A stretch of DNA of 61,743 nt, counting the filler, from Basidiobolus meristosporus CBS 931.73 (taxonomy: Eukaryota; Fungi; Basidiobolomycota): NCBI GenBank assembly GCA_002104905.1. It is 3 parts of 3 records of this genome, joined end to end, with 100 filler letters (N's around TTAATTAATTAA, not from the genome) between each part and the next. Parts side by side here need not be neighbours in the genome. Positions count along the whole stretch, not along the records: positions 14,492 to 44,305 come from MCFE01000863.1; positions 44,406 to 61,743 come from MCFE01001094.1; 1 more part is not named here. One strand, written 5' to 3'. How positions within the stretch are numbered: position 1 is the stretch's first letter; each line of letters starts with the position of its first letter. Shown in pieces: positions 37,575 to 51,549 of this stretch. A program made the translations under genes and the position numbers. The notes beneath the pieces are model-generated. The model saw only the letters and a program-made list of their open reading frames with translations, ran no database searches and was not told the DNA's origin.

Positions 37575-37599
37575 TATATAATACATCACTGTTGGAGAA

Positions 37600-37760
37600 C
37601 CCCGGAGTCCACTTGTCCTCCCATCACCTCCAATATCTGATAAGCACTTACAATAGGCTATGAGCCCCAAGCTGCCTCTCTATGTGGTATCTAGTACTAC
37701 CAGCACTAGAATGTTTTCCTCTGTTGAGCCCCTATGAATAATAACTTGGTACAGTAGCAA
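37600..37760 (+). mobile_element. Copia family A fragment: LTR 3' end, PBS, gag start
   Basis: cttacaata-GGCTATGAGCCCCAAGCT (PBS 37656-37669). Confidence 0.7.
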
Positions 37761-38294
37761 TATGCAATCCAAATCAGCTGTCAAGATCTCACCATAAGGC
37801 TAACATTATGCCAGCTGCTTATAATTGTTGAGCATCTTTACAATCTTGTGATGGGATTGTTGCAGAGTTTTTCTGATTCTGCTGCTATAAAGATACAAGA
37901 AAACAAGCACATAAAGTATACTAACAAAGATCCCAACAACATGTGTTCAAAAAATGGGGGTGGTTGAGTAATTTGATAAATCTCATGTTCTGGGTATTCA
38001 ATACTTTGCTCCTAACAATCTAAGTCCCAACAAGAAGATTGGTCAGGATTCTTTAAGATTTGCATATAATATTCAGCAAATTGTGATTACCTGCATCACT
38101 ATAGATGTTTTGCCTAGGTCCATATATATCTTAGTTGATGGGAAATAACTTTTGCAGTTTCAGTTAACCCAGACCTGTTAAGTAAATATTGGACTTAGCT
38201 TCCATATATGTTATCTTTGTAGTGCTCCCAACTGGCGGGGGGACTAATATCACTCTAAAATTAGCTGATTGCTGGCATCATAGCTGAAACAATG

Positions 38295-39122
38295 GACTTG
38301 TTCTGTTGAATAGTGCAACATTAAGCTAATATTGCCAAATAATGCTATAGTGTGCCAGAGAGGCCAAGTAGACCTGGGACTATATTTAAGTATTAGCCCT
38401 ACCGTAAAACCTTTACAAGGCACTTACAGTACCAAAGAGTACCAGTGGATCAGGAGTTTGCCATGCATCTTTGTGACAAGTTACAAATATCTGGAGCCAG
38501 ATTGAGACTACCATGGGTATTGAGTGTCAAATATATCCCCTCAGTCCTTATGTGATTGTACACATGATGCGTTGTAAAAGTTTGTAATTCCAACTAAATA
38601 TTCACCTAACTTAGTCACTAATGTCATTAACTTCAAATCTCAGTGAATAATGACCAAAATCCTTGCTAGGATATACTTAGAATACTTTGATTAAAATATC
38701 ACATGTCTAGAACATGAAAATTCTAAAGCTGTTGAAACAGCCCCAAACTTTGTGCACATGTTTTTGGAACCTTCCTAGGCCTATTTATATGTTTGCTATA
38801 CTAAGACTATGCAAAAGTATAAATTCTACTTTTACATACAATAAATCATTAAGTAAAGGCCTCATAACCTACTTGTCCTCCCAAATCACTTCTAATATCT
38901 CCATGACTGTTACAACCTAATGCACAGCATTGATCCGCAAAAAAAGGTTAAAAATTCAACTTTCTCCAGCACAGTTGGTGACACAACAGGACTGCTTTGC
39001 ATGAAGATGTAGAAACATATTTCAGATGCTGTGGCTAAGTATAGGCTTACTTAACCTCTTTGGTGCACTATAGCACTATTTGGAACTAATGGCCCATGTG
39101 GCACTATCCTATGGAACAAGTC
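38295..39122. mobile_element. Older foldback copy (left arm partly deleted, interrupted by LTR A)
   Basis: GACTTGTTCT...GGAACAAGTC|TA; the spacer is the reverse complement of that in 35483-36214. Confidence 0.8.
38570..38917 (+). mobile_element. Solo LTR family A
   Basis: Homologous to 53082-53428; flanks TGATG/TAATG (5-bp TSD with one change). Confidence 0.85.
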
Positions 39123-39149
39123 TAAGCACCATAGATTTGTCTTATTTAC

Positions 39150-40280
39150 TTATGACAAAGCAATGAAGTTTTTTCACCAAAGTAACTAATATTAGCATCC
39201 ATATATGATGAATATATGTGACCTTTGTTGGCTCTGGTATCCCATACCTAGGACAGGATGGGTACAGTTCTGCTTAGTGGTACTACATCCATTATTATCA
39301 GAACTGAAACATGCTTTTCTGCAGACCTGGCTTACAAATGATAGGTACTTGGTGCTTCCTGATACTTAGAGTACTTCTTTGAAGATAATGTGTGGTATCC
39401 TGCATTACCTCTGAGACCTACTTGGATAGCATTCTATCCAATTCCTTCAAACATCTTGTTGTCTCTAGTGGAAGCCATTATTACTGAAATTTCTGATTAT
39501 TCAACAGACAGTTCTTTTGATGGGTAAAGAGTTGCAATGCTCTGGTTTTATTAATAACATCCAAAAATCCATGCATGTTCTCAATTAGTGTGCACATATG
39601 ACTAGTCTATCTTCAGTGTTTGCAGCTTCCACATACTAATGTTTTTCAGCTAATTTACTATCTACTCAAAGGACAGGTCTAATCCATGTATGTTCCTTTT
39701 GCAATAGCTACAAGAAAGATTGCTGTAGTCTTAGATGGGTCTTGAGTAATTAGCGCATCCTCTTCAGTAGTAGGTATGCCTACTAGCCCCATTTTATCAA
39801 GTAACAAAGCAATTTTTTTAGTTTTATGTTGCATATCTGCTCCTGGGAAAATCTTTATATTATAGAACCATTGCATGAGATACATTTTCTTGTCAAATAA
39901 TCATGACTAGAGGTGTTCTTGTATGCCTTCTGAGCATTGCTTGCAGTTCTGTTCTTGAGCATTGAGTTAGCAATTTGACTAGCTCTAGGATATATACAGC
40001 TAAAGGTACTTTGGATCTGTGCTGTTACCTTGTAGCTTCTTCTTTGACACCTTTGGGAGGGCATTCCTCTCCCATGACTATATCCCAAAGGCATCTTTCC
40101 TGTAGCAGCATGTTCATCTTCACCCTTCAAAGTTGGTAGTCATACCCATGCTACTCTTAAGCAAAGGAAAAGATGCTGATCATAACTGCAGTAAATGTAT
40201 TGTAGAGAAACAGCTGGGGGCTCATACTCTGCTGTAAAATTCTGGTCAATATTGCAAGCTATTAGCAATATAAGTAACTT
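39150..40280 (-). mobile_element. Decayed copia gag/protease/pre-integrase fragment
   Basis: Reverse complement aligns to 45420-45560 and 54465-54540. Confidence 0.6.
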
Positions 40281-40346
40281 ATATGTTTATCACTTAATGA
40301 TTTATTATATTAAATAGTTTTGTTTCAACCACTGCATTGTCTTGGT

Positions 40347-43300
40347 TGTTACAAGTCTAGGTATCAGAGTTGTAGAGGAATAGGGAGTTTAGCTAGTATT
40401 GCATTCACTAAAACTTGAACCAATTTTTATTGAGGTTCCAGCAGCTCCTTATATACATTTTGCCAGATCAATTGCTGACTAATTGTATGTCCTAATGTAG
40501 GCTGTAGCTGATGACTCATTTGATTGCATCATCAACACCCAATAAGGACCTACTTAATATAGTTATTTCAGTCTGATAAGGATCTGCTGACTCATTTGCT
40601 GACTAATGCTACTGATTTGATAGATTATACTGATAAGCTTAACATATAACTAATTGATTTGACTAAAAGCTGATCTAACTTAAACATTCAAGTGGTAGAT
40701 CATAACATTCTCCCCTACTAAAGTTGAGAGGGTTCTCCGGAATCTCTTTTCTTGTGATACCAATACTGTGATGGTTCAGTATTATCAGCAAGTCTTGCAA
40801 GCTTGAGTCTGTCCCTATGCACTAAGTCTTCCCAGATATTGCCTTGTTTGTCCACAAGTTGGTAAGTTGTAAATGGACATTCTCTGATGATCTTGAATGT
40901 GGCTGAAACTTCTTCCAAGTGTTGTTTCATAGCAATACAAAGTTCCCAACTGTCAGTGCTTCTGGTGCTATAGTGTTATCAAATCTCTGCTTCATCTTTT
41001 CTGCACTTTGAGATACTTTGGTCTGTGCCTCTTGACATCTTTGTTCCAGCTGCTGGTGTCTACTTGGGCAATAGGCAATAGGGCTTCCATCAACAATTTG
41101 GTAGAGTTTTCATCCTGTACTACAAATTTGCTGGCTGCATCCCGGATTATCTTCTTGATATCTTCATCCACCTCATTAGGAATGGCTTGGTCCTCCAAGT
41201 ACTATGGTAATAGGCTAGGCCAATCTGGTTCATGCACCAAGTTAAGTTGTGCAACTTGTTCTAATCTTGATAAGGCATCAGCAACTGTGTTACTTTTCCC
41301 AGGGCAGCAGACAATCTCCAAATTAAATTGCTGAATGTATTCACTCATCTTGTCATTCTTCTAGCAAGTACCTTCTCAGTAAATATATACTTGAGGGAGG
41401 CATGATCAGTCTTTGCAGTGCATTTCACTCCTTCAGTATAGCATCTCCATGTCTTCAAGCAGTATATTATAGCAAGCATCTTCTTCTCTTGCACTGGATA
41501 GTTTTGTTCTGCTGAGCTCAGCTTCTTGAATTCAAAGGCAACTGGGCAGTCCTCTCCTTTGTGTTCTTAGCTCAACACTCCACCAATTGCATAATCTGAA
41601 GCATCTGTGCACATAGTAAACTCTTTCTGAAGATAGGTATTCTTGAGCTTGGCAGCTTAGCAAGTTCATTCTTGAGCATCTGGAAGGCAGTCTCACAAGC
41701 CATGTCCCACTTGTAGGAATTGTCTTTCTTGAGGATGTTAGCTAAATGGGCTGCAATACTTGCAAAGGACTTGATAAATCTCTAATAATTGGAAACAATT
41801 CCAAGGAATGATTTGAGCTCTGATATGCTACAGGGTTACTTCAGATTCTTAATGAGCTTAACCTTCTTAGGGTCTAAAGTCACACATGTGCTAGTCACTA
41901 TGTGTCCCAGATATTCAACATGTACCTTGGAGAACTCACATTTGGGTAGCTTGCAATAAAGCTTGTTCCCTCTTAGCTTCTTCAAGACCTTTTCAATGCA
42001 TACTATGTGATCCTCTTCTGTCTTGCTGTATATCAATATATCATCTAGGTAGACTATCACAAACTTTTCTAAGTACTCCTGGAAGACAGTCTGCATCAGG
42101 GTCATGAATGTTGCAGGGGTATTAGTGAGGCCAAAACTCATGACTAAGTACTTGTAATGTCCAAATCTGGCCTGAATGCTGTCTTAGGGATGTCTTCTGG
42201 CTTCACCCTAATCTGATTGTATCCTGACATGAGGTCAATCTTGCTGAATATAGAGGTGCCATTGAGTTGGTCCAAAAGCTTCTCAATCCAAGGTATGGGG
42301 TACTTATTCTTCATGGTAACTGAGTTGAGGGCTCTGTAGTCAGTACACATCCTAAGTGTTCCATCCTTCTACTTTGCAAAAAGTACTGGTGCTCCCCAAG
42401 GTGACTTGCTGGGTCTGATATATCCTTGTTCCAGTAGCTGATCAATTTGTTGCTTCATCTCTCCCATCTTCAATGGACTTATTCTGTAAGGTGTCTTGCT
42501 CATTGGGGGCTATCTCATGTTTCAATGGCATGATCCATGTCTCTGACTGGTAGGATTACAAGCTCATCTGGAAATATGTCTGAATATTCCTTCAAAGAAG
42601 TCTGAACCTTGTGGGGTACTGGATTAGAGGAATCCTCCTGTAATACTGCCATGAGGAACATCTGGGTGCCTTTTCTTAGTGCTCTACAGAGCTGTGTCTT
42701 GCTAAGTTCACTTGCTTCACACATATTGGAATTGTCCAAGTTAAAATCCAGTCTGGCAGGTAATAGATCATAGGTCTTGTTGTCCTTCTGGATTGGAGTA
42801 GTATGGGTTCTCCAGTTGATTGATGAATTACAACAAAATAGCCAGGCTTTCCCAAGTACTAGGTTAAATGTGCAGTTCCCAAATATATAGGCCTGTAGAT
42901 CTTCTTCAAAGTCATTGATCTTCATCCTTACTGGCTGAGTATTACAGTTGATTATGTGAGAGTTCCCATCAGCTGGTGAGACTGAAGTTGATTGGTGGGC
43001 TTCAAGTTGATTCCAGCTTTCAAAGCAAATTGCTCTGACATGTACGCATGTGATGCTCCTGAGTCAATCATGATCTTGGCAGGTACTCCATTGATTACTT
43101 CATTCAAGTATAATAGCTTTCCTGAGTTTGAGGTCATCTGGGATTGGTATTCTTCTGTCAAATGGAAGGTGAGTTTCAATTCTTCTTCAAGCTCATCCTC
43201 CATGTTACTATGCTCCAGGACTTCACTATTGTCAAAGGTTCTTGATGGCTGGTGTCCATTTCTTCTCTGAGGGTGGTACTTTGCAAGATGTCCCTGCTAG

Positions 43301-44305
43301 TGGCAATTAAAGTAAGGTCCTTTCTTCTTGTATTTCTCTGAGTTAGGATTCTTCTGCATAGCATCTATCTCCATTGGCACTGCTTCTGATTGTTTTCTTT
43401 CATAGTAATTGTAGCCTCTCTGATTAGTCATTGTGGGCTTCCCAACTCCAAACATGGCTGAATCATAGTCAATGGCAATCTTGATGACTTCTTCAATAGT
43501 CTGAGGTCTTCAATAACTCACTTCCTTACAAGTTCTTTCTTTCAACTCATCAATTAAGTATTCAACTTGATCCAGAGGGTCCATTCTTTCAATTTGTCCA
43601 AGTAGACATCTTTATTCATAAATGTACTCATGAACCTTTCCTTTCTGCCTGAGTGTCTTCAACTTTCTTCTTGGTAGTGTCTGTTGGTGTGGTGTCTCAA
43701 AGACATCATGAATTTCTGACACAAACCTATCCCAGGTAAAGGTTGTAGAGTATCCCGTCATGGTGGCTGACCTGAACTTGTTGTGGTACCACTATAAAGC
43801 TGCATTTGCCAGGTGAGAGGCTGCATAATATGACTTGCTTTCTGGAGCAATTCCCTTAGCCCTGAAAGCTTGTTCAATCTAGAAGGGCCAGGTTCCCAGG
43901 TTTTCATTGACTCTACCGTGTTACTGGTTGACCTTCACACTAAAGTTGCTCTTGATAGGGTTTTGCTGGCTTTGGGCAATGGTAGTCATTCCTTGTTGCT
44001 GCTGGCTAATGATCTGGAGTACCTGTTGCTGCTGAGTCAGGATTTGCTGAATAGCATTCTGCCATTCTTGATTTTTGGACATCTTGAGGGAGGCTTCTTC
44101 ATTCTTCAGAAAGGAGGCTTCTGGTTATTGCTGCTACCAATGTCACAAGTCTTGGTATAAGAGTTGTAGAGGAAAAGGGAGTTTAGCTAGTATTGTAATC
44201 ACTAAAACTTGAACTGATTTTTATTGAGGTTACAGCAGCTCCTTATACTCATTTTGCCAGATCAATTGGTGACTAATTGTATTTCCTAGTGTAGGCTGTG
44301 GCTGA
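40347..44305 (-). mobile_element. Decayed Ty3/gypsy family B element with integrase core deleted
   Basis: 3' LTR 40347-40707, PPT 40708-40718 (gtaggggagaa on minus), pol and gag fragments homologous to 59033-61743, PBS 44129-44140, 5' LTR from 44141 into the gap. Confidence 0.92.
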
Positions 44306-44405
44306 NNNNNNNNNNNNNNNNNNNNNNNNNNNNNNNNNNNNNNNNNNNNTTAATTAATTAANNNNNNNNNNNNNNNNNNNNNNNNNNNNNNNNNNNNNNN
44401 NNNNN
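44306..44405. other. Scaffold gap (N run with TTAATTAATTAA spacer)
   Basis: 100-base N block. Confidence 0.97.
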
Positions 44406-45035
44406 ATTATTGGATGGGGAACTTGATGCGGACGTGTATATAGACCAGCCTGATGGATTTGCTGACCAAGATAGCCCCCATTTGGTCTGCAAGCTTACAA
44501 AGTCTCTATATAGTCCCAAACAATCACCAAGAGCCTGGAACTGCAAGATAGATTTTTATTTGGAATCTTTGAGTTTCCAAAGGAGTAATGCTAACTATAG
44601 TATATACTATAAGACAGATAGAGCAAATCTAGTTCTATTAGCTCTATAAGTAGATGATCTTATTACAGCCACCAATAACCTAGTAACATTGTAAGAGACT
44701 AAATCCAGCCTATCTAAGAAGTTTAAGATGTCTGATCTAGGAGAGCTCAGTTACTGCTTAGGGATTACGTTATCCATAGACAGTAGTACCCAGACTATCA
44801 CCCTAAGCCAGTCCAAGCATATTCAAGATATACCAAAGAAGTACCAAGTGGAAGACTGTAAACCGGCAGCTACTCCAATGAAGACAAACCATAACTTGGT
44901 CAAAACTCAACCAAATCAAGAGAGCTTGGGGCCATCTGAAAGCCCAGTTTCTTTGCTTTGGCAGTCTGATATATAGTATGCTTAGAACATGCCCAGACAT
45001 CTCCTATACAGTAGGTGCTGTCAGCTGCCATAATT
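44406..45035 (+). mobile_element. Copia reverse transcriptase remnant
   Basis: LDADVYIDQPDGF...VCKLTKSLYSPKQSPRAWN, (Y)VDDL, MSDLGELSYCLGI. Confidence 0.9.
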
Positions 45036-46264
45036 AGAATATCTTCACCAAAGTACCAGGTACCCAGAACATGAAAATTCTCAAAGCTGTCCAAACAGCC
45101 CCAAACTTTGCACACTTGTTCTTGGGCCCTTACTTAACCTATTCTACTTGCTTGTTATGCTAAGACCATATAAAAGTACAAACAATACCTTTACATTCAA
45201 AAATCACCAAGTGAAAACCACAAAATCTGTTTGTCCGCCCAATCCCTTCCAATATCTCAAAGACTCTTACAACAGGTTATGAGCCCCAAGCTGTCACTCT
45301 CTGCAATGTCTACTACTGCTATTACTGGAGTTTTCCCTCTGCTGAAATGTTGAATGGATCTAGCTAATGAGTGTGGAAGGTGAAGATGAAGATGCTGCAA
45401 CAGAATAGAGGACTAAGGAATATTGTCATGAGAGAAGAATGCCTTCCTAGAGATGTGGGGAAGGAAGCCTTAACCAGAAGAAAGAACAAAGTGCCTTTGG
45501 CTGCATATGACTTAATGTTAAAGACAAATTGCTAATTCAATGCTCAATAGCAATAACAGCAGACAATTCATAGAAGGCATTAGAAGACACCTACCAGTCA
45601 AATTCAGCTATTAAGAGAGTGTATCTTTGACAAAAACTCTTTGCCCCAAAGATGCTGCCAGGATAATAAATCAAAGATCTAATTAACCATATTACTCAGT
45701 TGGTTGATGAGATGGAATCTGTGGATGTACCAACTACTGATGAAGATGTGAAAGTTACCATCCTGAATAGCCTGCTAGGCATGCTTCAGGGCCTTTTATC
45801 AGGCCTAGAGTCTAGAACTGAAGATTTGACTTTAAGTTGCATATATGGAAAGCTCATGGAAGAAGAATTAAGGAAATCAGGCAGGATGGAGGAAATGCTT
45901 GAGTAGTTGTAGAGTTTGTAGTTCACCCTCAATATTCACCTAGCTCAGTCACATACATCTTTACCTTCAGATTCTAGAAAATACTGACCAAATTCCTTGT
46001 CAGAATTTACTTAAATTATTATCACCAAAATGCTAGGTACCAAGAACATGAAAATTCTCAATGTTCTCCAAATAGCCCCAAATCCTGCATACATGTTCTT
46101 AGGACCTTCCTGAATCTATTCCATGTGTTTGTTATGCCAACATCATGTAAAAGTATAAATACTACTTTTACATTCTACTTCACATTCAATAAGTCATTAC
46201 ACAAATATCACATTATCTACTTCTTCTCCCAATCACTTCCAATATCTCCAAGACTCTTAAAACA
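45036..46264 (+). mobile_element. Copia family A mini-structure: partial LTR, PBS, gag fragment, LTR
   Basis: LTR end 45274, PBS GGTTATGAGCCCC from 45275, gag remnant to about 45900, second LTR 45905-46264. Confidence 0.75.
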
Positions 46265-47039
46265 TTAGTAAGTAATGATAGCCAGCAGAGGAGACACCAA
46301 AGGCCCTTTACCTACAATGAGAGTATGTTGTATCCAAGAGAAAGTGTAATAAAACTCTTGAATGGTTTAACTGAACCAAAGGGATGATTAAGTGCAGAAT
46401 CTTAGAACTGTCAGAGAGTGGCGGAAATATTAGCAGAAAGATTCTGATCTAATATTGGTCTTGGATATAGCTGGGTTGGCTATAAAGACAATGATATTTG
46501 TTTGCTAGGCAGGCTAGGCTTGGTGTTCTTTGAAGTGCTAGATATACTAGGCTTGGATAGAAACTAGAACGGAATTGTTGGATTCTTATTTTTGCTGAGA
46601 CAGAATCTTAATTTCATTGAGACACACACTAAACCAAAAGGTTCAGTAAACTTTATTTATACTTTTCTGATCAAGTTGAATTAGTAAGTGCCAAGGGACT
46701 GGATTGATTGAGATAAATTTGGGTGTTCATAGGTGCATAAGATAAATGAAAATTACATCATCAATCAACTGATGTCTTGGCAACTGCACCGTGGTTGGAT
46801 AGATCTCAGATGACTAATCACCTGGGAAGGCTTGGCAGATAGGTTGATAACGTAATGGCCATTTGAAAATAGATCAGGTGTGATAGCTAAAAATAGATTC
46901 TGAGGTGGGATAAAATAAGCTGTAACTGGGATTTGTTATGTTTGGGTTAGGGAAAATCAGTTAGGGTACTAGATTTTCAAACGGAGTAAAATTGGCTAAG
47001 TTTTAAATGTTGATGCACAACAGAGTACACTCCACTGGC

Positions 47040-48680
47040 TCAACAATACCAGAGGAAAAGTAGTTAATCAAGTCTAAGAATATGCTATTTGAAGAAAATA
47101 AAGTTCTTACAGAAAATGACTTACCATGTTGACAAAGATCCTATCTTAAGTCCATTAGTAGTAAGGAGTGAGTCAGAGCAAGTCAATAGAAATTTTCTCT
47201 TTCCAGAGAATTCTGCAAACATGACCAAGCCAGAATCAGTGCCCAGGAGTAGTCCAGAAGTATGTACTGCAGTATTACAAACTATGAGATCCAGCCTAAC
47301 CATAGATAGCTCAATTACTATATAAGTAAGGATAAAAACTTAGCCTACACCAATTCAGTCCATATTGGTTAGCCCCACACTGTAAAAGAGGCCCTACAAA
47401 GTCCTCAGACAGAGTTTTGGAGATCTGTAGCAACTGAGGAGTATCCGGCCCTAATTGTAGATCAAACTTGGGACTTGGTCAAATTACTAATCAACCAAAA
47501 ATCAATTGGATGAAGATGGGTCTTCAAGACAAAATACAAGGCCAATAATGCAATTATAAGATACAATGCAAGACTTGTGGACAAAGGAAACTATCACTCA
47601 AATATACTGCACTATACAAGGACCTTTGCACTGATAGCCTAGTTCAATTCTATCAGACTAATTTGAGTTATTGCACCAAATTAAAGTAATTTTTTCATCA
47701 TATAGATGTAATGGCTGCATTTTTGAGCAAGCAACTTGATGAGGATGTGTTCAAGGACCAGTTGGATGCATTTGTTGACAATGATAGCTCCCATTTGATC
47801 TGTAAGCATAAAAGATCACTAAATGGACTTAATCAATCATCAAGAGCCTGGAATTGCAATATAGATGTTTATTTGGAATCCTTGATTATCCAAAGAGGCA
47901 CTGCTGACTATTGTACCTACTAGAAACCAGATAGAGCAGACACTGTTCTATTAGCACTATATGTGAGTGATCATTTACAGCCACCAAAAGCCAACAGACC
48001 TTAAAAGAGAATAAATCTAGCCCATCTAAGGAGCGCAAGATGTCCAATCTAAGAAAGCTCAGCTGTTACTTAGGGATAAAGCTCTCTATAGACATAGGTA
48101 TCTGGACTATAATCCTAGGGCAGCCCAAGTATATTCATGAAGTTTTTATGATGTAGCAAATAAATGATTTTAAACCTGTAGCTACCCCAATGGAGTCAAA
48201 TCTTAACTTGGTAAAAACTCAACCAAATCAGGAGAGCTTGGGGCCATCTGAAAGCCCATAGCTCCTATGCTTTGGCAGTCTGATGTATATTATGCTTGGA
48301 ACATGCCCAGACATCTCATATACAGTAGGTGCTGTCAGCTAGCATAATTAGAACTATGAATCTGATCATATTGCAGATGTTAAGCAGGTTTTAGATACCT
48401 AAACAGAACTGCTGATATCATTCCTAAAATACACCAATAATGACTCAGAGCAGGATCCTATGTGATACTCTAATGCTGATTGGGGACAAATTGTAGGAGA
48501 CCAAAGGTCCGCAACAAATGCATCTTTCTTTACTGTAAAGGAGCAATTTCAAGGAGTCCCAGAAAGCAACCAACTCTGATATTCTCCACCACAGTGGCTG
48601 AGTATATTGCAGCCTATGAGGCTACAGATGAAGTAATGTGGCTAAGAAAGCCTTTCAAAGATGTTGGTTTATGTCAAAAA
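47040..48680 (+). mobile_element. Copia integrase-end, RT and RNase H remnant
   Basis: KSKNMLFEEN; HTVKEALQSP...WDLV...WVFKTKYK; GAISRSPRKQPTLIFSTTVAEYIAA. Confidence 0.85.
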
Positions 48681-48779
48681 ATGCACAGTACTCTCCCTAT
48701 GAGAGCTAATTTGGTCCCACAGGTGGTTCCAATCCAGTTCAGCCATCAGAATCCCACAAAGAGTCCACCATATTGCCAG

Positions 48780-51480
48780 CAGCTTGGAATTATTGAACCT
48801 CTATACAATCTTATGATGGGATTGTGATGGTTTTTTCTTGATTTTACTACCAAATAAATTTAAAAACTTGATGGTGTTTGAGTGGTCTTTTGACAAGAGT
48901 TGCATGGCATTCTAATGGTTTTAATGCATACCACATTTATTGGAGCAGACTTAACCAGTCAATACATCCAATTACCTTATACAACCAGAAACTAGAAAAT
49001 ATTCTGACAGCCTCATTGCAGTCCTCTGTTGGCGTTATTATATTAATATGGTGGCCTAAAGCTGGTTATGTATAATGCTACCATACCAATATACCAAATG
49101 GTATATCCTTTTCTATCTCCTCATGTGCCATTCATATTTCCAGTGTAGAATCACCCCTCTTGATTTCCTCACCTACTACTACCTTTGGTATTCTACATAT
49201 AGTACAAATCAAAAATAAACTATGGCTTCCTGCTTACTAACCTCTAAAAATGCGCACACTTGCTGCAGCTGACACACTTCCATCACCACAACTTTACAGC
49301 CTTTTAGTGTGACACTTGCAAAGTTGCCACAAACCTTGTACTGCTGGTAACATACACATCTTACCAATATATGCTTAGTTGCTGCAACTTTTGCCACAAA
49401 TATTGGTTCAGTGTCCATAAAGAACATCTTGGTACTTAGCCAATATATTCCTTCTACCTGCTGGATTCTAGTCCTCCTTATAGGTGTGCTCTGGCTCTTG
49501 TTTTTGAGAATTCTGTGTTGAAAGGTGTGAGAACTGGCTTGCAACAAAGAGAAACCAGGCATACTTAGGTAAAGCTGTCCTAATAAAAGTTAGTTGTTTG
49601 ATGTGCCCAACAGAACCTTATATTACTTAGCACTAACTCATGCATAGGGGCTGCTTCACTTCTTAATGCTAACGGTATAGGTGTCCCCATGTGCTCATCT
49701 GCCCTTGGTATATCTCAAATCTCCATGGCTGTCCTCCATGTGCCAACTCATCACATCCATGATGGACTTGAATGTAATATTCTTGATGAGATTGGAATAT
49801 GGTAGTACCTGCAGCTTTACTTGTCTTCCTATTTCCCCACACTTCTACTCCATAGGAAACTCCAAAAGGTGAAGCCAGGTTCAATTATTTCTACACACCA
49901 AGCAAGATGGAGAAGGGAGTGGGTACAGCACCAGCAGAGATCTACATGCTCAGCTTTGTTCTTGTAGTATAGTTGCTCATAACCTGTCGCAAGCTCCTTG
50001 TATAAAAGCTGTAGAAGTGTCAAGTTGGTATTGGTGATCAGCTTCTAGATAATTATTCTTACGATATGAACATATGATACCCAATGATTCCAATACACTC
50101 TTAGTAGAGATGACTTTAGATGGCCACTTGAATAAATGCCTATCCAGTTGATCCAGTCCTTGCATTTGTATTGTTGCATATGCATATCAATGTTGATTGA
50201 AGCCTGTGCAAGGTACTTTGGGTAGTAGATACTCCATAGTATCTTACCAATTCATTCAGACTTCTCAAGTGTCTCAAAGGGCTCATCAAGGTTGGAATGC
50301 CCCATGTATAACTTGGTTATTAATAGAGGGATATTGTGAAAAATCTAATGCGTTGCTCTCAGTGTAAAGCTGTTGCCCCAACAGATACCGTCTATCTTGT
50401 GTATTGCTGGTTTCCAATCAATTCCGTATTCCAGCCCATGGCTGGGGTATCTTCAATACTGATAACAATATGTGCTCTGATGTAATGTCCATTTGGTATT
50501 ATCCTGCTGGTAAGCATACAAAATACACTTAATAATGGATACAAGTGGCTATCCAGGTTAAATAGTGATTTAGGCCCAGACACTGCTCTGATACTGTAAG
50601 ATAGACATCAGATTCAAGTTGATGAGAATCAGTGGCCAGCAGGATTAGCCAGTAGAGTACTTATTTAATGAAATCCATCAAGTGTTATGGCAAATGCATG
50701 GTCATACATACCTACAAAGTACCATTCCTTCTTTGTTGTTTGTAATGTTTACCATCAAATATAGCAGAAATGTTTGCACTTGATTGATACTGGGTGCATT
50801 ACTTTATAGCTTCACGGCACTTATTGGACTACACAAGCTTCCTTATATGGGGTATTACTAAAATACATCCAATGTTTTCCTCCAATGCTGGTTAATTCCT
50901 GACAAGTAGGACACCTTTCAATGGTGGCATTTTCTGATGTGAATGGCATGAAACTGCTAAGACATGCTGGTATCTGGATGGTCTCTGAGTCATAAGGTGC
51001 CAGCCAGATGACAGCTGTCCATTTGTACCATGTACACAGCAAGTTGCATCCTCAAATGATATAGGCAAGAAGTAGCAGTAAATACTTGAGGCTCCCATTA
51101 CTGATATTAGTGGAAAATCACCACTTTGATAGCTACAATAACACATCATTCCCCAGTAGATGGACTAGTAGACCCACTTGGCTTCATAAAGTATCCTTGG
51201 TATTCTTCTTTACAGGTGTTGTCCTATTGGAAATTGGGATTTTGCTAGGCTCATGCATAGTATAAGAACAGTTGTCAGGAAAGATAGACTCACAATCCAT
51301 CAGTGGGCCTTCTTTTTCAGTGCTATCCCTCTGCATGCTATATTCAGAGGCTGAGGTGCCAAAAGGTATCACAAATGCACCTGACTCAGTTTGTGCAAGG
51401 TGACAAGTACAGCTAGGTCCCTTTATAGCAGTATCAAGTGGCTGACAAGATATTGCTGATTCATTTGTGAGTGATGAATG
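48780..51480 (-). mobile_element. CACTA/En-Spm transposase remnant (longest copy)
   Basis: GYEQLYYKNKAEHVDLCWCCTHSLLHLAWCVEIIEPGFTFWSFLWSRSVGK matches the CACTA pattern FExLYY...HxLLHL...GP...WxFxxERxxG. Confidence 0.75.
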
Positions 51481-51549
51481 GTCAAATATGACTTGTGTGG
51501 CAAAGCACTGGCTATAAGCCTTGTAACACCTCCTACAATGAGTACACCA

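Noticed and set aside
49669-49884. FGVSYGVEVWG resembled the LINE RT C-terminal YGxExW motif
   Set aside because: The neighbouring frame gives HSLLHL…FWSFLWSRSVGK, the CACTA transposase signature, and the sequence is contiguous with other CACTA motifs.
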